Positions 36,397 through 47,933 of a stretch of 64,000 nt of DNA are shown piece by piece. The first letter of the stretch is position 1. Every line of letters begins with the position of its first letter. The stretch lies in NCBI RefSeq assembly GCF_006345805.1, contig NC_042999.1, forward strand, positions 8,680,001 to 8,744,000, read 5' to 3'. The notes beneath the pieces are model-generated. The model was not told the origin of the DNA. It worked only from the letters and a program-made list of their open reading frames with translations, and ran no database searches. Source of the DNA: Octopus sinensis. Taxonomy: Eukaryota. The position numbers and the translations under genes were made by a program.

Positions 36397-37083
36397 GTGT
36401 GTGTGTGTGGTGTGTGTGTGTGCGTGTGCGCGTGTGTGACTATTTTTTCACCTCACCTCCATCACTTGACAACCGATGCTCGTGTGTTTACGTCCCTGTG
36501 ACTGAGCGGTTCGGCAAAAGAGACCGATTGAATAAGTACTTGGCTTGCAAAGAATAAGTCCTGGTGGTCGATTTGTTTGACTAAAGGCGGTGCTCCAGCA
36601 TGGCCGCAGTCAAATGACTGATACAAGTAAAAGAATAAAAGCGTAAAAGAGTATATATTACTCTTTTACACGTTTCAGTCATTTGACTGAGGCTATGCTG
36701 GAGCACCACCTTTAATCGAACAATTCGACCACCAGGACTTATTCTTTGTAAGCCTAGTACTTATTCTGTCGATCTCTTTTGCTAAACCGCTAATTTATAG
36801 AGACGTCGTCACACCAACACCGTTTGTGGGTTGGGACAGACAGACACCCAGAATATGTGGGGTTTAGTTCAGAGGTAATCTAAGCGAATAGGTACGCTGC
36901 TGAGTAAGTGCTATAGTTGGTCGTCAGCTAGGTTCCATGATCACAACTGAAGCTGGATTGAAGGATCCGTATTAGGGTTCCCTTATAGCAGGTAGATATT
37001 ATATTAGAGGAAAACTCCAAACCAAGGCAAACGAATATCTCAAGTCATTTAGAATAGTTTAATTAGGGTAAGGTGAATTTGAA

Positions 37084-37161
37084 GTCTTAACAGCTGTTTC
37101 TGGTATAACCCAACTGAATGGTTAGCCTATCCACGTACTGGACATTCTGTCATCAGAGACG
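37084..37161 (-). ncRNA. Degenerate hammerhead-like motif
   Basis: GUCU-CUGAUGA...GAAA-CAGCUG-UU-AAGAC. Stem II base is not paired. Confidence 0.4.
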
Positions 37162-37400
37162 TGGAATGAAAACTTGAGACGGGGAAAATTTACAGTTTAC
37201 AAGGAATAAAATTCACAGCTTATAAGGAATAAAATAAAAGAATAAAGAGTAAAAGTAGTTAGAAGAATATAGACAGGAGTATCAGGAGTATAATGTTCAT
37301 AACTCATTCCAGAGAATATGGATGTTGATCGGTACTTACATTCGCGCTCTATATATACATTTAAAATATGAATAAATCAGTTTAAAATGCTGCCAAAATA

Positions 37401-37823
37401 CTCTCTTACTCTTTTACTCTTTTACTTGTTTCAGTCATTTGACTGCGGCCATGCTGGAGCACCGCCTTTAGTCGAGCAAATCGGCCCCGGGACTTATTCT
37501 TTGTAAGCCCGGTACTTATTCTATCGGTCTCTTTTGCCGAACCGCTAAGTGACGGGGGACGTAAACACACCAGCATCGGTTGTCAAGCAATGCTAGGGGG
37601 ACAAACACAGACACACAGACACAAACACATACACACATACATATATATATACATATATACGACAGGCTTCTTTCAGTTTCCGTTGTACCAAATCCACTCA
37701 CAAGGCATTGGTTGGCCCGGGGCTATAGCAGAAGACACTTGCCCAAGATGCCACGCAGTTGGACTGAACCCGGGAACATGTGGTTGGTTAGCAAGCTACC
37801 TACCACACAGACACTCCTGCGCC
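37401..37823 (-). mobile_element. SINE family C, full length
   Basis: Matches 45910-46290. Confidence 0.9.
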
Positions 37824-37929
37824 TAGATTTACCTGGGATTTGAACTCTGGATCTCTACCCTCATGGAAGTACCGGACAACATCCATATCCTGAGTTGTGA
37901 ACGTTATTCTCTTGCCTATATTATTCTAA

Positions 37930-38532
37930 CTATAGCAGTGAGCTGGCAGACATGTTAGCACGCCGGGCGAAATGCTTATCCGTATTTCGTCTGCCGCTAC
38001 GTTTTGAGTTCAAATTCCGCCGAGGTCGACTTTGCCTTTCATCCTTTCGGGGTCGATAAATTAAGTACCAGTTACGCACTGGGGTCGATATAATCGACTT
38101 AATCCGTCTGTCTGTCCTTGTTTGTCCTCTCTGTGTTTAGCCCCTTGTGGGTAGTAAAGAAATAGGTATTTCGTCTGCCGCTACGTTTTGAGTTCAAATT
38201 CCGCCGAGGTTGACTGTGCCTTTCATCCTTTCGGGGTCGATTAAATAAGTACCAGTTACGCACTGAGGTCGATATAATCGACTTAATCCGTTTGTCTGTC
38301 GTTGTTTGTCCTCTCTGTGTTTAGCCCCTTGTGGGTAGTAAAGAAATAGGTATTTTGTCTGCCGCTACGTTCTGAGTTCAAATTCCGCCGAGCTCGAATT
38401 TGCCTTTCATCCTTTCGGGGTCGATTAAATAACTTCCAGTTATGCACTGGTGTCTATTTAATCGACTTAATCCATTTATCTCTCCTTGTTTGCCCCCTCT
38501 GTGTTTAGCCCCCTGTGGACAATAAAGAAATA
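37930..38532 (+). mobile_element. SINE family A trimer with 13-bp TSD
   Basis: TSD TATATTATTCTAA at 37917-37929 and 38533-38545. Confidence 0.9.
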
Positions 38533-38774
38533 TATATTATTCTAAATACCTTTACTCTTTATTCTTCTATCTTGTCCCTTATAAACTGTGTATTTCTCTT
38601 CCCCCACCCCACCTCTCTCTTAAATCGACTCCGTTTACCTGTTACACCTGTCTCTGCGAAACTTTCACATTACCTTGCTTTACATCGACTACCAATACGT
38701 AACATATTCGTAAAATATATTGTCGGATATGTTTTAACCATTTTGTTCCTTGCATAAACCTAAACATGCATTTG

Positions 38775-38950
38775 TGAAGTCCAGTGCCTCACTGGTTAGA
38801 GGCATTCCACTCACGATCCTAAGGTCGGGGGTTCGATTCCTGGCGGCGAGTTGTGTCCTTGAGCAAGACACTTTATTTCACGTTACTCCATTCCATTCAG
38901 CTGGCAAGACTGAGTTGTACCAGTAATACAATGAGGGCCAGTCTTGTCGC
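38775..38950 (+). mobile_element. CORE-type tRNA SINE, 3'-truncated
   Basis: GGGGTTCGATTCC B box and GTGTCCTTGAGCAAGACACTTTATTTCACG. Confidence 0.75.
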
Positions 38951-39443
38951 CCACTTTGGTTGATCGGGTCAAATGGCACAGACGGCGCAACCCTCGAAGA
39001 GCGAGTTTTTTATAAAGATTACGTTTGTTTATATCATATATATTTTTTTATAATTTTGTTTTTAAGAAGCTTCAAGAAATATGAAATACATCGTTTTTTA
39101 AGGAAGAACTCAAAGCAGTTCAATCTATAAATTGTAGCATTGTAATTAATGGATTAAAAATTCCGTTGGTTGGTGGGGAAAAGAACGAAGGCTGTTCATA
39201 GGACTCGAAACCACATGTCTTATGTAGCCAGGAAAGATGTGCAGCCAATAGAAGAAAATGTGTGTTCGAGTCCCACGGTGAATATTCGACTTTTATTTCT
39301 ATGCAAATGTTTCCTCCCACCCCCAATATTATCCAACCTATTAATTATAGCTTTATCAAGTTCGAGTGACACTATTTATAACTATTTATAAATATAACTA
39401 TTTATGGAGATAGAGAGAAAGTAAGGGAATCGAAAGAGAATAA

Positions 39444-39478
<35 letters not shown>

Positions 39479-39760
39479 AAAGAAAGAAAGAAGGAAAGAA
39501 AGAAAGAAGGAAAGAAAGAAAGAAAGAAAAAAAGGAGAGTATTATTAAGTAGATTCTTTAAGATTAAAAGATTCGCATTATTTTTATTAATAATACCGAG
39601 TTTATTGCCTTAGCATCTTAGTTGTCCTGGAAAGCAGGCATCGGAGGGATTTGAACTCGGAGGATTGGAGTAAATGACTGCATTATGTTCTACCTTATGC
39701 TCAAATACTCAACCAATTCCATTTGGGATCTATGATGAGTATATGATTTCAACATTGCAC

Positions 39761-40003
39761 GAATAAAGATTGTTTCCCAACATAACATGGCAGTCCTGGT
39801 TTAGGACGAATGTTGCTGTAATTTAGCCCCAGAAGACATCATCAACAGCTGGCTGTATGACACGATCTGTGCCCTTGTTCGAAAATATAAGGACACAGAT
39901 CGTGACGCATAGCCAGCTGGAGACGATGTCTCCTAGGGCTAAATTACAGCAACATTCGTCCTAAACGAGGACTGCCATGTTATGCTGGCAACAGTCTTTA
40001 CTC
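39761..40003. mobile_element. Foldback/MITE-like palindrome (~115-bp arms)
   Basis: CATAACATGGCAGTCCT.GTTTAGGACGAATGTTGCTGTAATTTAGCCC... is mirrored on the opposite side with a loop of about 10 nt. Confidence 0.85.
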
Positions 40004-40994
40004 CAAAGTACTGTTGCTGAATATATCTCGTTATGAGATTTACAAATAGTAATTTTCTAATTGCACGAATAATTTCAGGCTGAAATTAGCGTTGGAAGTA
40101 AGAGAATCTTAGTGCTTCGAGACGGTTCTCCATGCCATTTCGCTATTTTGTTGTAATCTGATCTACCAGACTTTTCACAATAAAATATTTTGAACTGGGA
40201 GACGACAAAACAACAGAAAGTAAGAATTCTCCAGGTGACACCATATGACAGTAAAAGAATAAGATGATAAAATCTCCATTTCCGTGTCAGAAATTTCTGA
40301 GTAAACTAAAGCTCATCATACGAACCCTATAGAGTTTATTGTTGGTGTGCCCCCCCCCCACCAGCACCCATGTCAATGCCATCTCAGCCGAGATCGCTGT
40401 TGATTAAGCACTCAGGGACTTTGGCACTATTTCAATGCCTATTTGTTTCGCCATGACATTCCTCGGTTTTACATAAATATATTCTTAGAAAGATATCGAA
40501 AACGAAGACGGATATAGTTTTCGAAATGTGATGACAGGGATGATTCATGGTGCCACAGTTCTAAACCTTGGGGAGGGGGCGATTTCGCTAGGTTTTATTT
40601 ATTTATTTATTTAAAAAATTTTCTTAGAAATATATAACAAAAGATCTCTTGAAAATGTTATTTTCAGTTGAGAATTGAAAATTTTATACACTGCATCAAT
40701 AGAAAAAAGAAATTTATAAACAAGGAAGGGAGAAGAACATATGGTCGATGTAGAGTTGACCTCGGTGGGAACTGAAATCAGAAAATAAAGCGCAGGAAAA
40801 AAAATCACTATAACAATTTTACCGAACGCTTTAACAATTCTGCTCGTTTCGCCACTTTCCATTATAAATTCATCTGAAATAGACTAACCGCAATGCTTGT
40901 AAGATTTATCTCCCCTATATCTGCACACAGGAGTTATTTCCCTTACAAACTGCCATCTGATTCCTTTTTCATTTTTCTGTTATGCAAGTTCACG

Positions 40995-41385
40995 AATACA
41001 CAACACACACACACATACACACACGCACAAACACACACACAAACACACACACACACAGACACAGACACAGACAGACACATACACACACAAACACACACAC
41101 ACAAACAAACATACACACACACATACACACACACAAACACACACACAACACACACACACAACACACACACAAACAAACATACACACACAAGCACACCCCC
41201 ACACACACAAACACACACACAAACACACACACAAACACACACACAAACACACGCACACAAACACATACACACATACACACACATACACACACATACACAC
41301 ACAAACACACACACAAACACATACACACACAATCAAACACACGCAAACATACATACACAACACACACATAAACACACAAACGCAA

Positions 41386-41416
<31 letters not shown>

Positions 41417-41420
41417 TACA
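40995..41420. repeat. Degenerate (CA)n array
   Basis: Direct reading. Confidence 0.95.
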
Positions 41421-41886
41421 TAGACAATAACACGGACTTTCTGTGATTCTTCATGCGAGCGCGTGGTCCAATATATATTACCAAGGCAAGTTTCATAAGG
41501 GAAATAACTCCTAGTTTATGCGTAAGGGAGAGAACTCTTTTTGATCTAGTCTTACGGGAAAATATGTTGGCGAATTTCCTCTATTTTCCTCGCATCCGAC
41601 TCTTTTCCCTGCCTCTTTTGCACCATCACATCCTTCTTTCTCTATCTGTCTGTCTCCGTCTGTCCCCATTCTCACTTTTACTCCTCTTAACATCATTCTT
41701 TGATTCTAACTATTTGTTTAGTTTTGTGAACAACTTCGTTGTTGGTGCCTGGTTTCCAGCAAACTAATGCTTGGCTTCGTTACTTTCCCTCCAGTGACTC
41801 GATACAGACATCAGAGAAAGAGACCCACAAAGATGAGAAACGGTTACATAGACAGACATAGACAGACAAACAAATAGATTTGACAC

Positions 41887-41963
<77 letters not shown>

Positions 41964-42898
41964 TATAGATGGTGAGTGAAAAGTAACTCCCCATTTTAAA
42001 ATACTTATAAATTATTTATTAAGTGTAATTCTTTTCCAAAGTTTTGTGTGTTCGTTTTTCGAAGTATGAGAATCGAATCTGTAATCGTATTACTGTTGTC
42101 GTTCGCTAATGGCCGAATGTCCACTTTTCCAGGAGACCGATGGGTCGTCGTGGTCCGCATGAATGGTCAGCCAGTAGTTCCAACTTAACAAACTGTGATT
42201 CCATTCTTTGAGGTTGGTGAAAGGAACGAGTCTACTCTACCAGACCAAAAACTCTGGACGAACTTGAAGGGCGAATACGAGAAGTTATGTGTTCAATTCC
42301 ACAAAAGTTTCTAGTAAAATCAGTTGACGCACTTTCTGGGTGACTGAAAAAGCTGTTGGCAATGGCTGGAGCCCTTACTGGATATTATATAAAACCTCAT
42401 GTTAAAAGCGTTTCTCTCGTATCCATATTGTAAGAATAACATTTAATAAACAATTCACAAATCTATATATATGAAGCTGAAGTTGTCTGTGTGTGGCAGG
42501 TTTGGCAGCCTTCAACTAACACTATCTCCCCACGAGACTCTGCGGCGAAAGTTGACCAAAATTGAGAGTATGATAGAAGAAGGCTTGCTCTTCCTTCCGT
42601 AGAAGAAAAAATTCAAATCGGACCATGTTAGCACCAAAAATTATTTACATCAAAACGGTGTTTTTTTTTTCAATGAAAATCCCTATTTTTTAACAATTTT
42701 TTGACTGCTGTGTTGCCATTTTTTGGTGTATTTCAACCAGAAAAATGTTCACTTAAAGAGAATAACAAGCTACATAATGCAAAATTTTTACTTTTCAAAA
42801 ATTCCAATTCTAAGGGGTCGAAAAGAAAACAAACCCGAGCAACGTTGGGCTATACTGCTAGTATTTAAATATAGGGTGTTACTTTCTAAGCACCCTGT
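41964..42898 (+). mobile_element. Decayed Tc1/mariner-family (maT/DD41D-like) element with nested Helentron
   Basis: FPGDRWVVRGPHEWSASSSNLTNCDSIL*GW*KERVYSTRPKTLDELEGRIREV (cf. FPGRWIGRRGPIEWPPRSPDLTPLDFFLWGYLK..VY...P.TLDEL..RI). Imperfect TIRs ...GGTG..T.AAAGTAAC.CCC.AT. Confidence 0.75.
42461..42862 (-). mobile_element. Helentron-type non-autonomous element, second family
   Basis: Same 5' ACTAGCAGTATAGCCCAACGTTGCTCGGG and 3' ATATATAGAT termini but a different interior. Confidence 0.72.
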
Positions 42899-43308
42899 TT
42901 ACCAGTGGTTCGCCACCTTTTCACTACCAAGGACCCCTTTTATTTAAATGGGTTTTCCCACGGATCCCTTTTAATATGCTTATCATCATGTGTGTGTGTA
43001 TATATATAAATACACACACACACACAGACACACACACACACACACATATATATATTTTTATTTATTGAGTTAGAAAATGGAGAAATCTAATGGATACTAA
43101 TTGATTCATTAATTAATCAACATATCAACATATTGGTTAATATATTGATTAATTAATATATTAATTTGTATACATTAGATCTCTCTGTTCTCTAATTCAA
43201 TAAAAATGTTTGATATTTTGCGACATTCTATAATATAATTATTGGAGAATTATCTCTTCAAAAATTTAATATATTAAACCAGTGTATCTTTGATAAATAC
43301 TCTTGTGA

Positions 43309-43363
<55 letters not shown>

Positions 43364-43366
<3 letters not shown>

Positions 43367-43557
43367 GCAGCGTGGAAGGTGTTTGTAAGCCATTTAAGAA
43401 AACACACAGAAGCCGTTCGATTCACTTCAACATTTAAGTTTATTTGTCAAAATATTTTCGTCGCTAAAATCCGCGACCTGTTCACTGACAAAAATCCGTG
43501 CAGCACGGTTTTTGTCAGTGAACAGGTCGCGGTCTTATAGCGAAGAAAATATTTTGA
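43364..43557. mobile_element. Head-to-head inverted pLTR-like pair (right arm resumes at 45271-45355)
   Basis: 43364-43500 is the reverse complement of 43504-43557 joined to 45271-45355. Centre ATCCGTG-CAG-CACGGTT. Confidence 0.85.
43443..43493 (-). ncRNA. Candidate minimal hammerhead with G3:C8 compensatory core
   Basis: UUUGUCA-GUGAACA-G-GUCGC(ggatttta)GCGAC-GAAA-AUAUU-U/UGACAAA. 7-bp stem I, 5-bp stem II, palindromic AAUAUU stem III. Confidence 0.65.
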
Positions 43558-45256
43558 GGACGTCGGTTGTTATTTTTGAACATAAAGAAATAGGTTGTTA
43601 TTTTTGAACGCTCGTGAAATTGTGTAAAAAAGAAGAAAAAGTAAGTTGGAAAATTGTTGTTGAATTTTGTTGTACGTTTGTTGATACGGTTTCGTGTTAT
43701 ACTGTTTCTGTTTTGGCGGCCGTTGTCTGTCTGTGTGAGACAGACAAGAGGATATGGATGACCCCTCTCTGATGGAAGAGTCGGAGGAGGAATGGTTGTT
43801 CGAGACCTTGTCGGAGGCATCGACCTCTGAGGACAAGCTGACCGGCGCTGTGAATAATATTAAAACCGGGAAGACGTACGCGGGAGCTGCAAAAAAGAAG
43901 ACGACGGAGGAAAAGGAGATAAACCTAGAAAAATTACCAGGTTTTCAAGCTTACATAACTAAAGCAGGTGGTGAGGTAAAACTACTTCCACCAGAGAAAC
44001 GAGAAGAATGGTTTATGAAGAGGATTATAAAATACCGGACATATGGAAAGGATAACAGGAAAGTAGAAATAATAAAAATGGAAGATATTGAGGGGGCGCT
44101 GAGAAGAGAGAAGGAAGAAATCACATTCATGACGAGAGGAAACGAGTTCGGAACTATAAGAGTGCAGTTCGAAAGCAAAAATATAGCAAGGAAAATGGCA
44201 ACGAAGACAATAAAAACTGAAAAAGTAATATTGTTACCATCCTCCATGAACCAAAGAATAAATAGAATAAGAGTTGAAGGGATGCCCCCCACATAGAGGG
44301 TGAATGGGTTGTCGCGGCGATTATAAAAGATGTGGAAGAAGAGACGGACATTTTACAAGCGACCGTAAAAAATGAAGGTTTACGCTAGAAATGAGCGTTC
44401 AAGCAGAGGAGGGTGCACTGGAGAAGATGGCGGACAGCATAATTTTAGGGAATTTAGTAATGAGAGTGTGGGTGGAGGGCAGAGCACCAAGGTGCTATAA
44501 GTGTGGCCTGAGGGGCCACATAGGAGCCTACTGCTCTCCCCCACAAAAAGAAACAGTGATCCATGAAGATGAGGAGACGGAGCGGGAAAAATTTGAGGAG
44601 GAAGAATCTGAGGAGGAGAAGGAGGCCCAAACTGAGTGGGAAGACGTAAGGAAAAAAAGAAAAAGAAGAAGGAAAGTGAACTTTATCGAACCCCAATCCA
44701 CCCAAATACCACCCGCACCCTCTGAGCCCCATCCTTCCCCTGCAAACAAAGATCCCACCCACTCCCCGCCTACAAGAAAACCTAAAAACGCAGACATACA
44801 GAGTAAACAAGAGCCCAAGTCCCATTTTTTATGTTTTGTAAAAAAAAAAGGAAGACAATGAGAACACAACAAGACGCTTTGGTAAAGAAGCATGGCATGA
44901 GGAAGAAGATGGGAGTTACTTGGTGGTGGAAGGGGAAGTAATGGACATAAGGAAGATGTGTGTAAATGAGGGCGTAAAAGCGATTGAGGTGGAATTTTCG
45001 AATGAGAAGATAAAAGAGTATGAAAGGATATTTGAGAAAGTGATAAGAAAAGAGGGACTTTTGATTGAAGATGATAGGTGACGAAGGGTTGTGAAGGACA
45101 GGTAAGTGGTGCTGGCAGATGGGGCCCTCAGCATCGCTTTCATATTATCACTATCATTCTAAAAATTCATTCTCCATACTATTAATTATAATGTTCTATG
45201 TTCCCAATGTCTTGTGGTGTCCCCTCTGTGTCGCCCCTAGTGGGTAATAAAGAAAG
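43558..45256 (+). mobile_element. ORF1-only Tx1/L1-like non-autonomous retroelement with 14-bp TSD
   Basis: TSD AGAAAATATTTTGA at 43544-43557 and 45257-45270. 5' leader, ORF1, short 3' UTR ending GTGGGTAATAAAGAAAG. No ORF2. Confidence 0.8.
43754..45113 (+). pseudogene. Gag-like ORF1 (putative RRM region + CCHC zinc knuckle), disrupted
   Basis: TYAGAAKK motif, GTIRVQFES...IRVEGMPP, and VWVEGRAPRCYKCGLRGHIGAYC (Cx2Cx4Hx4C). Stop at ~44296 and frameshift at ~44850. Confidence 0.85.
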
Positions 45257-45426
45257 AGAAAATATTTTGACAAATTAAACTTAAATTTTGAAGTGAATCG
45301 AACGGTTTTTGTGTGTTTCTTAAATGGCTTATAAACACCTTCCACGCTGCAATTGTTTTCGTTCCAGCACACGATCTCAGATCATCAATCACTTGCTATG
45401 CGAGTACATCTCCGTAATATATATGA

Positions 45427-45461
<35 letters not shown>

Positions 45462-45561
45462 ATTATATGAATATAGAGTAGTACAAGCACCAATGCTTAC
45501 TGGAAATAGCAGTCAATACATTTACGACGCTATAGTAAAGCTTTGCTGTATATATATATAT

Positions 45562-45593
<32 letters not shown>

Positions 45594-45909
45594 ATATATA
45601 CTTGTAAAGATGTGTGAGGGCAGGGAACATGAAAAAATTTGTCTTAACTCTAGGAAGAACATTCGATAAATGGACAACCCAGAATCGGATAATCCAGTAC
45701 CTAGGTTTCGGACTCTTCAAATACGTTTGTCAACGTAAATTTGATTGGTCTTCTTCCGTTAGATTTACCTGGATAATATTTCAAATGTTGCTACATCAAT
45801 GCCAGTATACTCGCCCGAACGCCTAGCCATTAACAGAACCGAGAACAGTGAAAATGTTTTCAATGAAAAATTAAATATAGCTATATTTGATTAGTCTTCT
45901 TCTTTCATA

Positions 45910-46290
45910 GGCGCAGGAGTGGCTGTGTGGTAAGTAGCTTGTTTACCAACCACATGGTTCCGGGTTCAGTCCCACTGCGTGGCACCTTGGGCAAGTGTCT
46001 TATACTATAGCCTCGGGCCGACCAAAACTGAAAGAATCCCGTCGTATATATGTATATATATATGTGTGTGTGTGTGTGTGTTTGTGTTTCTGTGTTTGTC
46101 CCCCTAGCATTGCTTGACAACCGATGCTGGTGTGTTTATGTCCCCGTTACTTAGCGGTTCGGCAAAAGAGACTGATAGATAAGTACAAGGCTTACAAAAG
46201 AATAAGTCCCGGGGTCGAGTTGCTCGATTAAAGGTGGTGCTCCAGCATGGCCGCAGTCAAATTACTGAAACAAGTAAAAGAGTAAAAGAG
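45910..46290 (+). mobile_element. SINE family C
   Basis: tRNA-like head, CORE-like GGCACCTTGGGCAAGTGTCTT, tail GGTGGTGCTCCAGCATGGCCGCAGTC...CTGAAACAAGTAAAAGAG. Confidence 0.9.
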
Positions 46291-46305
46291 TATATATATA
46301 TGTGC

Positions 46306-46348
<43 letters not shown>

Positions 46349-46352
46349 CGTG

Positions 46353-46506
46353 TGTGAAGTATATTTGCCATCTAAATGTGGCTAACCGATGGGGCACAGA
46401 AAGGGTGTCAATAGCCAGCTGGAGAAGATGTTCTCCTGGGGCTATAAGCTACAGTAACATCCACCTTTAGTGGTTAGCCTCATTTAGATGGCAAATATAC
46501 TTCACA
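46353..46506. mobile_element. Short MITE with ~35-bp TIRs
   Basis: TGTGAAGTATATTTGCCATCTAAATG.GGCTAACC ... GGTTAGCCTCATTTAGATGGCAAATATACTTCACA. Confidence 0.85.
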
Positions 46507-47899
46507 TTGTCGTTCAGTTACTGTTCATACCTCGTCCAGATATTCATTATTGTTATATATATATATGAAATTTTGAATCTCGTTGACGGACCCCCCAGTA
46601 CTGCCTTTGCGGACCATCAGGGTCTGCAGACCACAGGTTGGGAGCTACTGTTATGTACTGTGTTTATTACTGTATAATCTCCGACCTATATTTTGCAGGA
46701 AAAACTCGGTAGAAACCTTTTATAAAACCAAATTTGTCAGTCTCGAATCCCAGAAGTAAACGCCTGGCTTTTGCCATGGAAGTTATTCACCCGTTTATTT
46801 TGAACTCCGACATACGCAAATGAGGTGATATCAAATAAAAGTAATCATTTAACTTATATTTTACGTATTCACGCTTTTGACTGGCTAGTTATCTTTTATC
46901 TTTTACTGGTTTCAGTCATTAGACTACAGCCATGATGGCGCACCGCCGTGAAGAATTTCGCTCGAACGATTCGATCCCAGTACGTTCTTTGAAGGACGGT
47001 ACATATTCTATCGGTCGTTTTTGCCGGACTGCTTAGTCTGGGGTAAACACACCACTAGCGGTTGTCAAGCAGTGGTTGAAAACAAACACAGACAAAAGGA
47101 CGCACACACACACACAGAATACCGAACTGTCTTACAAAGGATCTTGTTTTCAGGAATTCCCAATAAGTTATGAATACCCAAATTGTGAAATCAGTTATGT
47201 AATAACATGAAATTAATTACCCGATATTAAGAATTAAAAAAGTAGCCCCGAAAAGGAGTTTAATACGTTCCCAGAGTATATAGAACTTAGGAGGAAATAC
47301 TAAAAAGGTATGTATGTTAAAATCGTGAAGGGTGTTACGTAATAACAGGTTTAATCAGATATGAGATAATAACAATTCAAAGTGAATAACTCTGAAAAGG
47401 GCTTTTGTGCGTTCGCAGAGAAAATTACCCTCAGCGGCGCTAGTATTGGAATATTCGTGAATAAGTCACTAACCGTAATAAGTGGATTTATTGTTTAGGA
47501 AAATACTATTTACTTATTTAAGTAACGGATAAATTGCGAAAATAACTCAAATAGTTCAAATACAAAGAAAGAAGCAAATTCAATTTCATTTATACGAAAT
47601 AATTTACGAACATGAATGGGTTATTTCCTTTGGCTATATATAAGGATCCCTTTCAGGAGCGAATGGGTTATTTTATTTGGGTACTTAAAAATAATATATT
47701 AGTTATATGTAGTAGTTATAAGAACCCCTTCCTGGGGCCCTATTATCGATTTTATTTCAACAATCTAAGTATGTCACTAGTTTTCCAGACATGAGTTCTA
47801 CTCACGTGTCAAGTTACATCGAAATCGATTAAACGATGCAGGAGGAGTTAGATAACAACGCTACAAACAAACAAACACATACACAGATTTCCACACTCA

Positions 47900-47933
<34 letters not shown>

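Larger units (their letters stand above)
42903..46650. mobile_element. Possible hAT MITE termini enclosing several nested insertions
   Basis: CAGTGGTTCGCCACCT ... AGGTTGGGAGCTACTG are TIR-like ends. Flanking 8-mers match at only 5 of 8 positions. Confidence 0.35.
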
